From Marsupella aquatica (lineage: Eukaryota > Plantae > Marchantiophyta), in assembly GCA_973895155.1 (NCBI GenBank), contig OZ316891.1, positions 10,045,875 through 10,109,874 of the forward strand: DNA of 64,000 bases, in the 5' to 3' direction. Below the pieces are notes generated by a model. The model saw only the letters and a program-made list of their open reading frames with translations. It made no database searches and was not told the DNA's origin. Positions 38,660 to 51,679 of the stretch are shown one piece after another (within the stretch, counting starts at the first letter, position 1; every line of letters begins with the position of its first letter). Position numbers and translations under genes: made by a program.

Positions 38660-40150
38660 GTCAAGGCAACAAATCCAAGGACATACGTAATTCTCTCATC
38701 ACTCCTGAGAGGATCAAACTATTCTGAATCCTTGAAGACAACAAATCCAAGGAAGGCTCTCAACAATCCAGTCCAGTAAACCAAAAATATAAACTGAATG
38801 GGAATGTTGGAGAAGCTATTGAACAGTGGAGAACCACTCCTTCCTCACAATCAGGTTTGAGTGTTAAAAGGAACGATTTCTTCTCAATCATTGAAGGCAA
38901 CAAATCTAAGGAAGTCTTCCACAATTCAGTCCAGTAAAGGATCAAACCAAAAATAGATACTGAATGTGAATGTTGGAGAAGGCAGTGAATAGTAGAGAAC
39001 CAATCCTTCCTCACAATCTGGTTTGAGTATTTAAGACGGATAATTCTCCTGAACCCTCGAGGCAACAAATCCCAGGAAGCCTCTCGACAATTCAGTCCAG
39101 TACAGGATCAAACCAAAAGTAGATCCTGAATGTGAATGTTGGAGAAGGCAGTGAACAGTCGAGAACCAATCCTTCGTCACAATCAGGTTCGAGTGTTTGA
39201 GCAGATGATTCCCCTAAACCCTTGAGGCAACAAATCCCAGGAAGTCTCTCGACAATTCAGGCCAGTAAAGGATCATTCCAAAATAGATACTGAATGTGAA
39301 TGTTGGAGAAGGCAGTGAATAGTGGAGAACCAATCCTTCCTCACAATCTGGTTTGAGTATTTGAGACGGATAATTCTCCTGAACCCTCGACGCGACAAAT
39401 CCCAGGAAGCCTCTCGACAATTCAGTCCAGTAAAGGATCAAACCAAAAATAGATACTGAATGTGAATGTTGGAGAAGGCAGTGAACAGTGGAGAACCAAT
39501 CCTTCCTCACAATGTGGTGCGAGTGTTTGAACGGATGATTCTCCTGAACCCTCGAGGCAAAAAATCCCAGGAAGGTTCTCGATGTCAGTCCAGTAAAGGA
39601 TCAAACCAAAAGTACATACTGAATGTGACTGTTGGAGAAGGCAGTGAACAGTCGAGAACCAATCCTTCGTCACAATCAGGTTCGAGTGTTTGAGCGGATG
39701 AGTCTCTTAAACCCTTGAGGCAACAAATCCCAGGAAGTCTCTAGACAATTCAGTCCAGTAAAGGATCAAACCAAAAGTAGATACTCAATGTATATGTTGG
39801 AGACGGCAGTGGAAATGTCGAGAACCAATCCTTCCTCACAATCAGGTTTGAGTGTTTGAACATTTGAGTCTTCTAAACCCTCGAGGCAACAAATCCCAGG
39901 AAGTCTCTCGACAATTCAGTCCAGTAAAGGCTCAAACCAAAAGCAGATACTGAACGTGAATGTTGGAAAAGGCAGTGAACAGTGGAGAACCACTCGTTCC
40001 TCACAATCAGGTTCAAGTATTTGATGAAGGGATGATTTCTCCTGAATCCTTCAAGGACCAACCCAGAAATAGACACAGCGTGCTGGAGAGCACACTAGAC
40101 AGTGGCTCCCGTAGTGGAGCACCATTACTTCCTCACAATCAGGTTTGAGT
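38660..40150. repeat. 165-bp tandem array, ~8-9 units
   Basis: Unit starts (GGCAACAAATC) at 38896, 39061, 39226, 39391, 39556, 39719 and 39885, with degenerate flanking units. Confidence 0.95.
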
Positions 40151-41320
40151 GCTTGAAGGATTCATGCTCAATTTCTCATCACAGCTCCCAGAATGTCAAC
40201 GTTGGAGCCGTGAGGTGATCTGCAATAATTGTGCACCATGATGACACACCCTGGCATATTGGCATGCATCACATCCATGGTTTGTTGATGAGGGCTATAA
40301 TTATGAGGAGCGTCAACCGAGCATGCTAAAGGTGGACAAGGATAGCTACCCTACCCTACCAGTCAGGTATTCAGTTAGACGGTTCCTGGAAAGTTATTTA
40401 TTACAACTCTTAGGGCCCCACTTTTTTGGGTCCCACTCTTAGATGCTCCCTGCCAGTTTCCATTTAAGTGGTACCTGTTTTTCCGTTCGGGTGGTACCTT
40501 TTCTAGTAACGTGTACCTCGCATCCTTTTACTAACGTCTCCCTGGAATTATTAAGGTCAAATAAATTTAGTTCTTAACTTGACCCCAGTTTGCATATGGA
40601 TTACTATCGACTCGCTATAGATAATCAGATCTATCTTCTCAATGGTAGTGGGTCTCCTATTGTTATGTGACCAGGTGCCATTGGCTGCACATTTAACCCA
40701 CTGATCTTTTGTGCGCTGCATTATAAGGATGGCCTTGAACTTTCGGCCGGGCCTCATGTGGGAAGGGGGAGATCCGCGGGTTAACCTGCAGTAAATGGCG
40801 CCTCCCCATATGGCAGCTAGAGACCCCGCACCAATGCAAACAGAAGTTGAGTTATCTCTACTAAATCAATACTAACCCATGTACAAAATGAAGGTCAGGT
40901 TAACAAATATTTTAGTTTGGGGGACACCTTAGGATATTCCAATAGTTTGGGGGAAAGGTTCCTTTGGAACCCAGGTCAACATTGCTCTGAACTGGGCTGG
41001 CCCTTTGCCATCATGAACTCGGACAGGGAAGGCTCAAATCACAGGCTTTTTCCTCGCCTGTTGGTCCACTCAACCTGTTGGTCCAACCCCCAATTTTCTA
41101 GAAGGGAATTACCAAATGTTGCTAAATCTGGGACCCAATGATAGGGCAGGCGCGGGCTTGACTAGGCAGCACTCAATCTTGGTGCAAGGTTTGTAAGGGC
41201 AAGAAGGGCAGGGGCAACAGTCTACAAGTGCTAGTGTTTTAAGGGAAGGGGAAACTATGGACTGCTGCTATGGTTTCAATAGGGTTTGGCGGGACCAATT
41301 TGCCTGGTCACATGGCACTG

Positions 41321-41652
41321 TGTTGAACTAAGACGTCATTTGCAACGACCATACAACCATGACTCATTCCATGCACACATAGTCGACACAATCTTTATGT
41401 GGTTCACCTCTTCTCCAAGGCTACGTCCACACGAACACTAAAGCTTTACTTCAAGAGTAGACGAACACACATGCTCTCCCTCTTCCTCAAGTTGCTCCGT
41501 TACAATGAGTAAGCACCACCCCACAACGGCTTACACTAGCCCTGGTATATACAAGGTCACACACGACTAACCTAACCTTAGCTAAGACCCTAACTATGGT
41601 TAGCCTAAGTGCAATAACCTTTGAGTCACAAGACTAAGAGCAATCCTTAACA
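41321..41652 (-). mobile_element. Solo LTR (copia-like), copy 2, nested in a MITE arm
   Basis: TGTTGA...TTAACA with perfect 5-bp TSD CACTG (41316-20, 41653-57). The host resembles the fold-back element at 47160-47575 (CACATGGCA.TGG.ACCT, AGTTTGGGGGACAG). Confidence 0.9.
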
Positions 41653-44574
41653 CACTGGACCTATCTCAGACCTCTGGTTATTTAGAGCAGTTTGTTTAAC
41701 CCCATACACTAAATTGGCGATCAAGGTGACACTTTAAATAGTTTGGGGACAGGTTACAAACTTGGATCAGTTTGGGGGACAGATTAACAAAAAATGGTCG
41801 AGCGATCAGAAATATTACTGTGTGTCAAGTCTTTTGTGTGCAAGAGACTTTGTTGAACCCTACTCATGGGGGGTTTGTCCAAATACTGGTTGACCAATGA
41901 AGCTTGAACTTGTAACTTCACTTGTGGCATCGAAGACTGCTATTGCTGGGCTACGCTTGCTATTGCCAAGCAAACTCTGAACTTAGTTGGATTCGGGCAT
42001 AGTAATGAGACTTACGCCTGAATGTTGTTGTATCATTCCCACTGACCCCGTGACCACATTAGGAAACCGTAAGCCCTAGATTTTGGATAGTCACCCTATT
42101 CATTAAAAGTGTATTTTATTTTGTTCACTTTTAGGCCTCTAAATTTTCACTTTTTGGTCTCTAAATGTACACTTTTTAAACCCAAAAGATACACTATGGT
42201 ACAATACTCTACACCTAAATGATCAATCATAAACTTGAGGTGAAAAAGATGATCTTGACTAGAAGGAGTCTCATCCTAGTTCATTTACAAAGGATGAACA
42301 TGGTGGTACACCTAATGGCCATCAACTTTATTTCTTGCCCAATTGTACACTTATTGAAGGCCAAATGTACACTTTCTATTGCCCAAATATTCATAAATTG
42401 AATAATAATTCACTTTTAAGGAATAGATTGTCATGACTGATTTTGGGATCCCACTTCTATTGACTTGACTTGATTCAATCAACCATTGGCGTAAGTATGG
42501 GGCATAACTCTGTGGAGAGTGAGGTTTTTGGGCATAAATGTTCTGTGCAACAGAGCAGGCATGACCCATGACCCAAATTATTTATGTGTGAATTGGCTAA
42601 TTCTCTCCAAATTTTTGTCCAAGACTTGTGCTGGTGAGTAATGCAAAGAAAGTGAGAGTTCTGGACAGAGAACTTGCACTTGTTGTCCTTGTTTAGAACC
42701 CTGGGGGCAAGATCCGACAGTCTTCCTAACATCGGCTCTAAATTGCAGAGGATCTACCAATGCCGATAAAATGACTGTATTAGAGGAGACTAAGAGTTAT
42801 ACTAGCCACCACTGGTTCTCTCAGACCATCTCCAATGGTATAGGGAAAACAAGCCACCAGGGGATCTGGCAAGGTTTCAGTGGAGAAAACAAAAAAATCA
42901 CCCCAACTAGAGATTAATGTCAAAAGACCTGAAATAACAGGCAATGGTCTTTTGAGCCACCTGTACTGGGTATTGGCAGTCAAGCCAGGTAGGGGACAAA
43001 CATTTGGTTCTTGAGGAGGTAAAAAGAAGCATATCTTTGAAGAGTATGTAATTTAAAACAGTTGCCACATCGATGAGGAAGAGAACAGTCTTGGTACACT
43101 AGTGACGTGTAAGTATAGTACAAATTTGAAGAGGAGGAAGTCACCTAATAATTGATTAAGTTGGTAGCAATGATATCCAAGACCAAACAAGAAAGAAATA
43201 TTCACTATGTTATGGACTAGATGGACCACAAAGATGGATTCAGCACTTGACAGGCTCTTCGAAGTGTCGACTGCAAGAAATCCCAGAAATGCATTATGTT
43301 TATTGTAGTTGTAGTCAGGCACACAAGGGATGGCCACTTAAGACTTAAGTGGCCACAAAACCTATGAAATATTATTTTTTGAGAAACCTAAATATATATA
43401 CATATATTATTTTATTTTTGTAATTTCAAGCAGCTACTGTACCTAATCTACACTTGGGAAGTTTTGGTAAGTCATTTGTTTTGCCAAAGCCTTATACATT
43501 TATGCTTGACTTAGTTTTGGTTTGAACTTTGCTCTAGGTACACACATAAAAGCGCACAAGTGTAGATTTCATTCAGTAAATAATGATGTTTGAGGATACA
43601 GGGTTGAGTGCTCGAGGTGTCCAAAATACCCCAACATTTTCCAGTAGGTAACTTGAATGTTGGAGATCATACCAAACATTTTGCAAATCAAGCCGAATTC
43701 ATTTGGTAGTCCGATAAAATATTGAGGTCTTTCATAAATTAATATTTTATAGGTTTTGTGGCACCCTCAGTCAAGTAGTGGCACCTTGTGCAGCAAAAAC
43801 GGACCCAATGACAACTGCGACAAACTTCATGCATTTTTTTTAATTTCTGACCGGCCGACCGTCCTAAGGGCCTGGTCAATTCCTGAACCCTTCTTTGGTG
43901 TCCATAAGTCCAAAAGATGCTTGAGGGGCCTACTGTAATTAAATTCCTTCCTGAAGATAAAAGACAGATGGAATGATGTGGCGGGTAGTTTGATGATTAA
44001 ATAAATACCATTTTGTCTACTACTTTCCCAATCCCTAGGACTAAAACCATCGTGTGGATGCGTGAATAGATCAGATGATTTTGCCTTTGAACCGGACCCT
44101 GTTGTCCTACTGTCAAACCGTGGAAAGAAATAGAATTAAAAGGATAATTAAGGTGGTCAACTTCTACAGTAATTTCACATGCATGGACAATCAAAGAAAA
44201 AAATTAGAGTTAAACTATGACATTTTAAAAATATCCTGGTGAGCATATTTTGATTTTTGGCTTGTAGTTATGTATAACTGATCCAATTTCTTTAGGATAA
44301 AATATGATAGTTACCATTACCATACATTCAAAGGAAATAGTATTTGTTAAGAGTAAATGAGACAAAATACAAGAGTAGAAATAAGGCACATGCAAAGAAA
44401 ATCATATAATGATCAGAAAGTACAACTTTATAGTACAAAGGTACTCGAGAGTTATGCACATAAATACAGATTTTCATTTGTCTATGTAACTAGGTTTAAC
44501 CTGACTGACAAGTTGATGGCTTACCAAGCACCTCAAACCGTCAAATGACGAAAAATGATCAGTTTGACATATAT

Positions 44575-44985
44575 TCCCCGGTATTCCCCCGGACTCTCCC
44601 GGACTCCCAACCCGACCTGGCTCCGGACCCGCCCGGACCCCGCCCCAGCCCACCCAAACCCGGCCCAGACCCGGCCTCCCGAACCCCTCCCGAACTCCTC
44701 CCCAACCTCCACGCCGATCTCCTCCCCTCCCCGAACTGCTCCCCGAACCCCTCCTCTCCAAACCCCTCCCCACCCCTCCCCTCCCCTCCCCTCCCCAAAC
44801 TCTTCCCCGGCCTCCCAAACCCCTCCCAAACCCGGCCCGGACTCGGCCTCCAGAACCCACCCTGAACCCCTCCCGAACCCCCTCAACACCCGGCCTGAAC
44901 CCAGCCCGGGCCAGTCCGGGTCGATCCTCACACCCGGACCGACCCCGACTCTGGGAGACCGGGAGACCGGGTTGACGGGTTGATG
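44575..44985. repeat. Strongly C-skewed low-complexity tract (G-quadruplex-prone on minus strand), possibly within a hAT-like remnant
   Basis: Dense CCCCTCC/ACCCGG motifs, flanked by inverted CCGTCAAAT (~44538) / ATTTGACGG (~45000) and a GGGCTG end at ~45027. The Pro/Gly-rich ORFs here are compositional. Confidence 0.7.
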
Positions 44986-45109
44986 GGGAAAATTGGCCAA
45001 TTTGACGGGCAAGGTCTAACCGGGCTGTGTAAGGACACTCAATTTAATCAAAACCGTGGGGTATTTTGAATTTATTTTGGCAACCCCTCTTAAATTTTTT
45101 AATCTATTC

Positions 45110-45900
45110 TCTCCTAGAGATCTAGATTGTGTGTCATGTATTTGATTTCAATCTGGAAAGGCACACCTTGAAAGATTGCCTGATAGACCCCATCCTCTTC
45201 TGTATATAGTTGATTGCCACACATCTCTCCTCGCTCCATAAGGGCCTTCTCTTGTAGAGGCAGAGAAGTTTGCGGAAAACTTATTTCCGCGAATATGTAT
45301 ACAAAAACTGGCAACCAAGCGTTTTCATTACCCGCCAAAACCTTACCAAGGAGCATCATTTATATCATTTAACTGTTGAATGAGTTTTTGGGCCCTTTTA
45401 ACTTTTGCTATTTTAGGGGATTTTGAATTAATTTTGGCACCCCACTTAATTTTTTGATCTTTCCTATCCTGGAGATCTTCCTTCCCACTAATTTTAGATT
45501 TCAATCCCCGAATCAAATCCCTTTCAATGAATATACAGAACTTGAGAGGAAGTTCATAGACATGAGCTAGAAACTTTGCAACCATATGTTTTAAGTCACT
45601 CCACTTGCTCTCCAAATATTAACAATTCCTGTTTTGCTACCCTTAAATAGGATCCCATCCAAACCTTTGAGGGTGGATGGGACCCCAAAATCCTCACTGT
45701 GTAAAAGTTAATGTTTGGCACTCTATATTGAGTAAAAATGGAACTTGCAATGATACGCACATGTGATACTCCAATGGACAAGTAGTCAACAAGAAGAGAT
45801 ACATGGTCACCTCCTATGAGGTTGCGTCTCCACAGGAACACACAAGAACTTTCTTACACTAGTGTGAACTACATTCTTGGTACTTTGGACAAGTATTCAT
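45110..45900 (-). mobile_element. Degenerate L1/Tx1-like LINE ORF2 fragment (post-RT region)
   Basis: Frame pieces VRILGSHP, SKWSDLKHMV..YELPLKFCIFIERDLIR...KIKWGAKINSKS and LLGKVLAGNENAW resemble KYLG.P / IER..R.FLW / I.W....PK / LL.K.....W. Confidence 0.45.
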
Positions 45901-47159
45901 GTGGCATATGAAGTTCCACTCCATAATTAGTGGATAATTATGTGCTTATAACAACTAGGACGAGAGAAAGAAGGATGAGCAAGAAAGAATTTATTTTCCA
46001 AGTTTTAATAGTTTTAATCTTTTTTGGAAAGGGCTTATCTCTTTCCACTTTTTAGGAGGTGACGAGGTAGTTTTTGGGGAGTTTGTTGTCATTTTAATTT
46101 TTTTGGCCATACTTTGTTTGGTTGTTGTGTGGGGTGGCTTGGTTTTTCCTTTGGAGAGAGAGGTGACTTGTTTTTAAGTGTTGGTCTAGAGAACTCTAAA
46201 ATACCTTTAGAAAGCTAGCAAGAAAAGAAAAAATTAGAACCAAGTTCTAACAGGACTCTTGCCTTTACACAACATCATATTTGCACAAACATCTTTTGCG
46301 TAACATTTGTTGTTTCCGCAAATAATAATTGTTTCTGCGATCAACATATTTTACCCATGGACATCTTTTGTCCAAAGATGTCTTTAGGGCAATGCACAGG
46401 TTTGAGATGGTTTTCTGCATAAAGCCTAACCAATTGCAACTCTGGGCCCATTTGAGGTTCTGCCATAAACAAACCTTCCACACCATGGGTTTGGAGCTTC
46501 CCGAGACCTTCACAGAGATCACCTTCGAACCTACCTTCCTCATATTGGAAACTTACAGTTTTGGGAAACGTCCTATCAGGTAAAGCCTACCCCAGTAGAT
46601 AATTATGAAACTTACCAGTTTCATTACTTAAGTATTGATGTGTTTGTGATGATGGCAATCCCAATCTTACTTTTGACAATTTGCTAGATTTTAAATTAAT
46701 TTTAAACTCTTTTCCAAATGAACCATGAATAGAGGTTCTCTTCTTCCCCGTGGTCCCCCTCCAGTGTAGCCCAGGTTGGAACCAGTTGCTTTCTCACGCA
46801 CTTATTCTTAGTTTTGTTTATCTTTTATGTGGTGGGCCTCACATCTGGAACAGTGCTGAATTATGTGGCCTGTTCACTTTAGCAATAACAGCATTGACAA
46901 CGATGATAGCATTTATATAGCGAAAATCACCTAACTAAAATGATGACACTTTTTGCAACTACAACATGATTGTGCAAATGACTTAACTAGAATGACACTA
47001 TTTTATTTTATCTCACCTGGACATTTCTGTGCAACACTTGAACACTATGTGGATAACATAGATTGCAAAACAGTGAAGATATATAGAAAAAAGGTATCTT
47101 CATGAGTCCTATCCATTCGGCATGATTGTTTTGATAGTGTAGTTTTACAAAAGTTCAAC

Positions 47160-47575
47160 TTTTTCCTAATCTGTCCCTCAAACTACTTGATATTATTAAC
47201 ATGTGCCCTAAATAAAATTGATTATTAACTTGTCCCCCTATTTCATACTTGGGTCAGTATTAACTCGCATAGGAACTCCCATTGCCATGTGGCAAATCCC
47301 TATTGTCTAGCCTTAACCCACCACCATTCCCTTGGCCCCCCTTCCCCGTTGCAGGGCACAGTTGTAAGTCCGGGAAGGGCAAAAATAACTCATTCTTTGC
47401 TCCACATTCCCCTCACAAAACCTGATTCTTGTGGGCCTCAATTTCTCTCAGGACAACGCAGCAGGGAAGGGGAAGGGTGGCCAAGGGGGTGGCAATGGGT
47501 TAAGAGTAGCCAATGGTGACTTGCCACATGGCAATGGGAACCTGTATATGGCTTAGAACTGATTCTTATATGAAA
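47160..47575. mobile_element. Fold-back MITE/MULE-like remnant
   Basis: Inverted arms CCCATTGCCATGTGGCAA..TTAACCCA..CCCTTGGCC vs GGCCAAGGG..TGGGTTAA..TTGCCACATGGCAATGGG. Related arm sequence at ~40860-40960 and 41140-41795. Confidence 0.65.
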
Positions 47576-49417
47576 CTTGAAAATTTGTGATTTGTCTGGC
47601 TGAATCTATTGTAAACATTGTAAACCCTGAACCCGTTGTTGCAAAGGAAAATGAGAGGCATGGAGAGACCCAAACTTGCTGAATCAGGTTAATGACTTTT
47701 TCTTGACAAAAAGTGGAGCAATAACCAAAGGAAAGATTAATAAGATTTGCATGAATACCTTTCTGGCGACCAAATGGATGTTAAAATCTTCTTAAAACTC
47801 TCTGTAAACAAACACCAACACTTCAATACTCTACCAGGATTTTCAGTTCTCCATTGAGTAGGGTGTTAGCCATCACGTCTCCTTTGTTGGTTACTTTGTG
47901 TCCCTTGTTCCCTTGTTTGCTTTAGGTTGGGGACAATTTGGCTTGTTTTTCTTGGGGCCCTTTCAACTCTTTTCCTCCCTTCGTTGGGTTGATGAAGGTT
48001 CGTTTGACTTTGCGATCATGTCTCCCGGTTTTGCATTTTGTTGCCCTTGGGCAGTGTGATATACAACACGTACTAAGTCGTGAGTTAAGGGATAGGTCCC
48101 TTGTCGTTACTTAAGCTGCATTGTGTAAACGAACGAGTTCTTCCTCGACCTTAAAGTGGCCATCAAAACAAAACAAATGAATACAAAGATGCTTTCCTCC
48201 GCGTATTAAAGGCCGGCCAAAAGTGCCGCTGACAACAAACCCAGCCAAAAAGTCGGGACGGTCCGATGAGATGAACGGTGGGCAAGCGATCCGGAAGAGT
48301 TAAGGACAGGCTCACTCCTGTCCAGCGATGAAATCCTCTCCGAACACGTGTCCTCGCTAAGCCAATCGAAGCTCCAAAAAGATCCGCGTCGTAAAGTCGC
48401 ACGATTCGCCGTGTTTCGTGCCAATTCGGAGTGTCGTGTAAACACCGATATATCCCGCCATGCCCTTTGCTACTCTTTGTCGGGCCTCGTGAAACTGTAC
48501 AGTCGTGTACTGTAGTAGTAGTACTGTCGTGCATACTACTGTAGTAGTGTTGACCTGGCCGGAGAGCGCCCATGGCCATGGCCCCGTTGCGGGAAGTACC
48601 GGGCTGGTTCGTTTGGCCGACACCCCGTCCGGTCTCCCTCGTCTGGACCGGGCGACCGGGATGCGTTCCCAAAGCCGGACCAAACAAACCTTAATTAATT
48701 ACCGGTCCGGCGACGCACGCAACCGCACCCCGACAACGTTTTCTTTAGTGGCGAAAATTCGCCAAATTCCATGAGAAGTCTTCGCCACTCCTGTGGCGAA
48801 AAATCGCCAGTTTTTTTTTCCTTCCTTTGGCCAGTTTCCCAAGTCCCAACTAACCATAGACACGATTAGCCCGAAGGTGACCGTCATCCTTAAATCTTGC
48901 GGATCTAACCATCGCTAACTTGACTAGGTAATGTAGGTGACATTCACCACCCTGGCAGACATGTTTGATTATTGGTGCAACACTGCACGCACGAGAGAGA
49001 ATGGCTTTACTTGTGAGCCCCTCTTCAGAATTGTACTCATAGAGGTGTTCCACTCCTCAATACCATCTCTAGGTGTTCTCTGGGTAAGGGTTATTTTGAA
49101 GAATTTTCCTTTTCTCCAGGGTGGCCAATGTGACCTTGTGTGAAGGAGACTCCCAGGGTTAATTTTTGGCTGTTAGATCTCCTTAGATCTTAAGTATACC
49201 TGTCAGTTTTTCTAAAGTTTTGTGGCTAGGTGGGAAACTAGCTAATGAAAGGAAAAACCCCTAGCAACTTTCGGAGAGGTGGATCTAGCACATTTTGGCC
49301 ATTACAAAAAAAACAAAAAAAAACCTTGATGCAAACATGCAGAAACGCTCTACTTGTCCCTCTTTGGAGTTGGGTGTTTCACTCCTCCATACCTGGATGT
49401 CTGCTAGGGCCTCCCTA

Positions 49418-49553
49418 GGTCATAGGGGCACCTATCTCCCTGCCCAAAGGAATAATAGAAACCAGGTCCATGACCAAGACCAACCGGTCATAGGGGCACC
49501 TATCTCCCTGCCCAAGGGAATAATAGAAACCAGGTCCATGACCAAGACCAACC
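49418..49553. repeat. 68-bp tandem duplication
   Basis: GGTCATAGGGGCACCTATCTCCCTGCCCAA(A/G)GGAATAATAGAAACCAGGTCCATGACCAAGACCAACC x2, 1 mismatch. Confidence 0.95.
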
Positions 49554-50513
49554 TCCCTGCCTGAGGGCACCAAAACACCAGGTCCGTGACTAATTATTGC
49601 AATACCCTAATGAAGGTGCTATAATGGTGAATCCACCTTTCAGTTTTGTGCCTTAACTAGGTGAATCATTTGTATTAATGTGAATTAGCTTTTGGACCCC
49701 TTTAATTTTAGTGAACTTAGAGTATTTTGAATGTATTTGACTCCCCTCATAAATATTTAATGCTTTTCAAGCACTCCTTAGTGAATTACCTTTTTTCTCA
49801 CGAGAGTAATAATGAGTTTGAACAATGTGCACATGTGGTGTACTAAGTTCCCTTCCTGGTTTTCTTTCCAAAATTTATGGTTTTAATTGAGTTGATCATC
49901 ATTACCTACAAGCAAGTGCAAATGTATTTTATGTGCACAACTCTTTAATATCTTTGTACTTTCTTGGTCATAATGTGTTTTTCTTTGCATGTGTATTATG
50001 TCATTCACTCTTAATTAACAAATATTAATTTTTTGATATATACTTTACATTATCTATTTCTTTTATCATTAAATAAAATGAATTACATATCACTACAAAA
50101 CAAAAAAGAGGCATGTTCAAGGATGAACATGTACTAATTGCAAATACCTCAATGACCTGCAATTTTTGCAATACATGAACATCTACTCTATCTTTAAATA
50201 GAATCTCAAACAAAGGCTATTTCCTGGCCCACTGTCCAGGTTGAAAACTCTAGACATGACTTTGGAGCATAAGTGAAAGTGGGGGTGCATGGAATAAGGA
50301 CAAATCATAAATGGGCCTAAATATGCTAGACAGTCTTTCCTTGAGTACTATTGTGTGTGATTTGAAGCTAGTACATGAATCCATTGATGCATTTCCAGGT
50401 AGATTTTTAAGCATAGCTCAATTTGGACTTGATCACATATGATGTCAATAGGGTCTATGCAGGGAAGATGACCATACCTAGCCTGATGTATGAAACTCAG
50501 GGAACTAGATTTG

Positions 50514-50856
50514 TGTTAGATATTTACTCTTAGATTTATAGTTACAATATGTAATTGTAGTTAGGCTAACCATAGTTGGAGACATGGTTAGGTTAACTAA
50601 GTTGCACGCTATATCCTAAGTGGTGCTTGTTTGGATAAGTGAAACTAAGGCTCATTGTTATGGAGTCACTTGAGAGATAAGGATAACTTACACTGTGGAG
50701 ACTTGGTATGATCGACGGGCCTAAACTTCAATAAAGCTCCCTTATGTGTTCCCATGAACATAGCCTTGAGGAGGTGACCATGTATCTCTTGTGTTGACCA
50801 CTTGTGTGTTGAATGTGTCATGGGTTTACTGTTGTGAATGTAGTCTATGCTCAACA
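50514..50856 (+). mobile_element. Solo LTR (copia-like), copy 3
   Basis: TGTTAG...TCAACA with TSD ATTTG/CTTTG (4/5), CTATAT and AATAAA inside. Reverse-complement homologue of 16236 and 41321. Confidence 0.85.
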
Positions 50857-51679
50857 CTTTGGTAATGGAAACAGTGGAACAATTGATAATCCAACGTGGA
50901 TACTTGAGTGACTGTTAGTGAAGCCACAACTCCTACCCTTCCGCTCATTTTCTGTGACATTTATTTATGAACTTTATCATACTCTCTTTCCAATTCAAAT
51001 ATTGTTAGATTTACTTTAAAGGGAGGTGAAGAGTCCACTCTCCAAACGACCAATCATAAAAACATAGATTCTATTTCTTTGATGAAAACTGAGTTTTGAA
51101 TGATCAGACCTTGTTGCTCTGACAAATTCTACTCCTCAAAATTACTGTGATCCACTCTTCTTTTTTCAGTTGCCCCAAAATCCTTCTTTCCTTGAGCCAT
51201 TTTTTCTGGTCTTATTAGCCAAAGGAGTGTCCACATCCCACAATCTGAAGGTACTCGTTAAATCTACTGAGATTGAACGGTCAAGAATAAACCTAGGACA
51301 TTTAGGGGGTCTCAAACATCACTCCGGGGGAGTTTCACAGGCGCCTGAGTGAGGATCAGGTGGACGTGACTACAAAATATGCGCAACACCCTCAGGCTAA
51401 CCCATACACTCCTCCCGCGGGGTTTCTCGATTCTTGTGACAGACTCAGTGAACGTCACCACTTGCCAAGTTTGAACTGACTAGCCAAGTTTGAACTCACC
51501 AGTCAGGGTCACGTTTCTTCTCTGTGTGCTAAGGGCATTGTCTTGCTAAACAAACACCATCACGACTACTTCCTCCACCCGGAAGTCACATATACAAGCC
51601 TAAACAACTAGAGGTGCAAAAATTCATGACTGCCGCTAAACTCGCCCGGCCCCATTTCACGGGCAATGGTAACCTCCTG

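Noticed and set aside
38760-40148. Repeated hydrophobic minus-strand ORFs (KDWFSTVHCLLQHSHSVSIFGLILYW)
   Set aside because: By-products of the 165-bp array, broken by stops and frameshifts.
42351-42760. Possible LINE zf-RVT remnant (CKFS...HFLC...KIWREL)
   Set aside because: Motif too degenerate to support without a search.
44474-45012. Pro-rich extensin-like and Gly-rich ORFs
   Set aside because: Open in nearly all frames because the C-rich tract lacks stops; no signal peptide or exon context.
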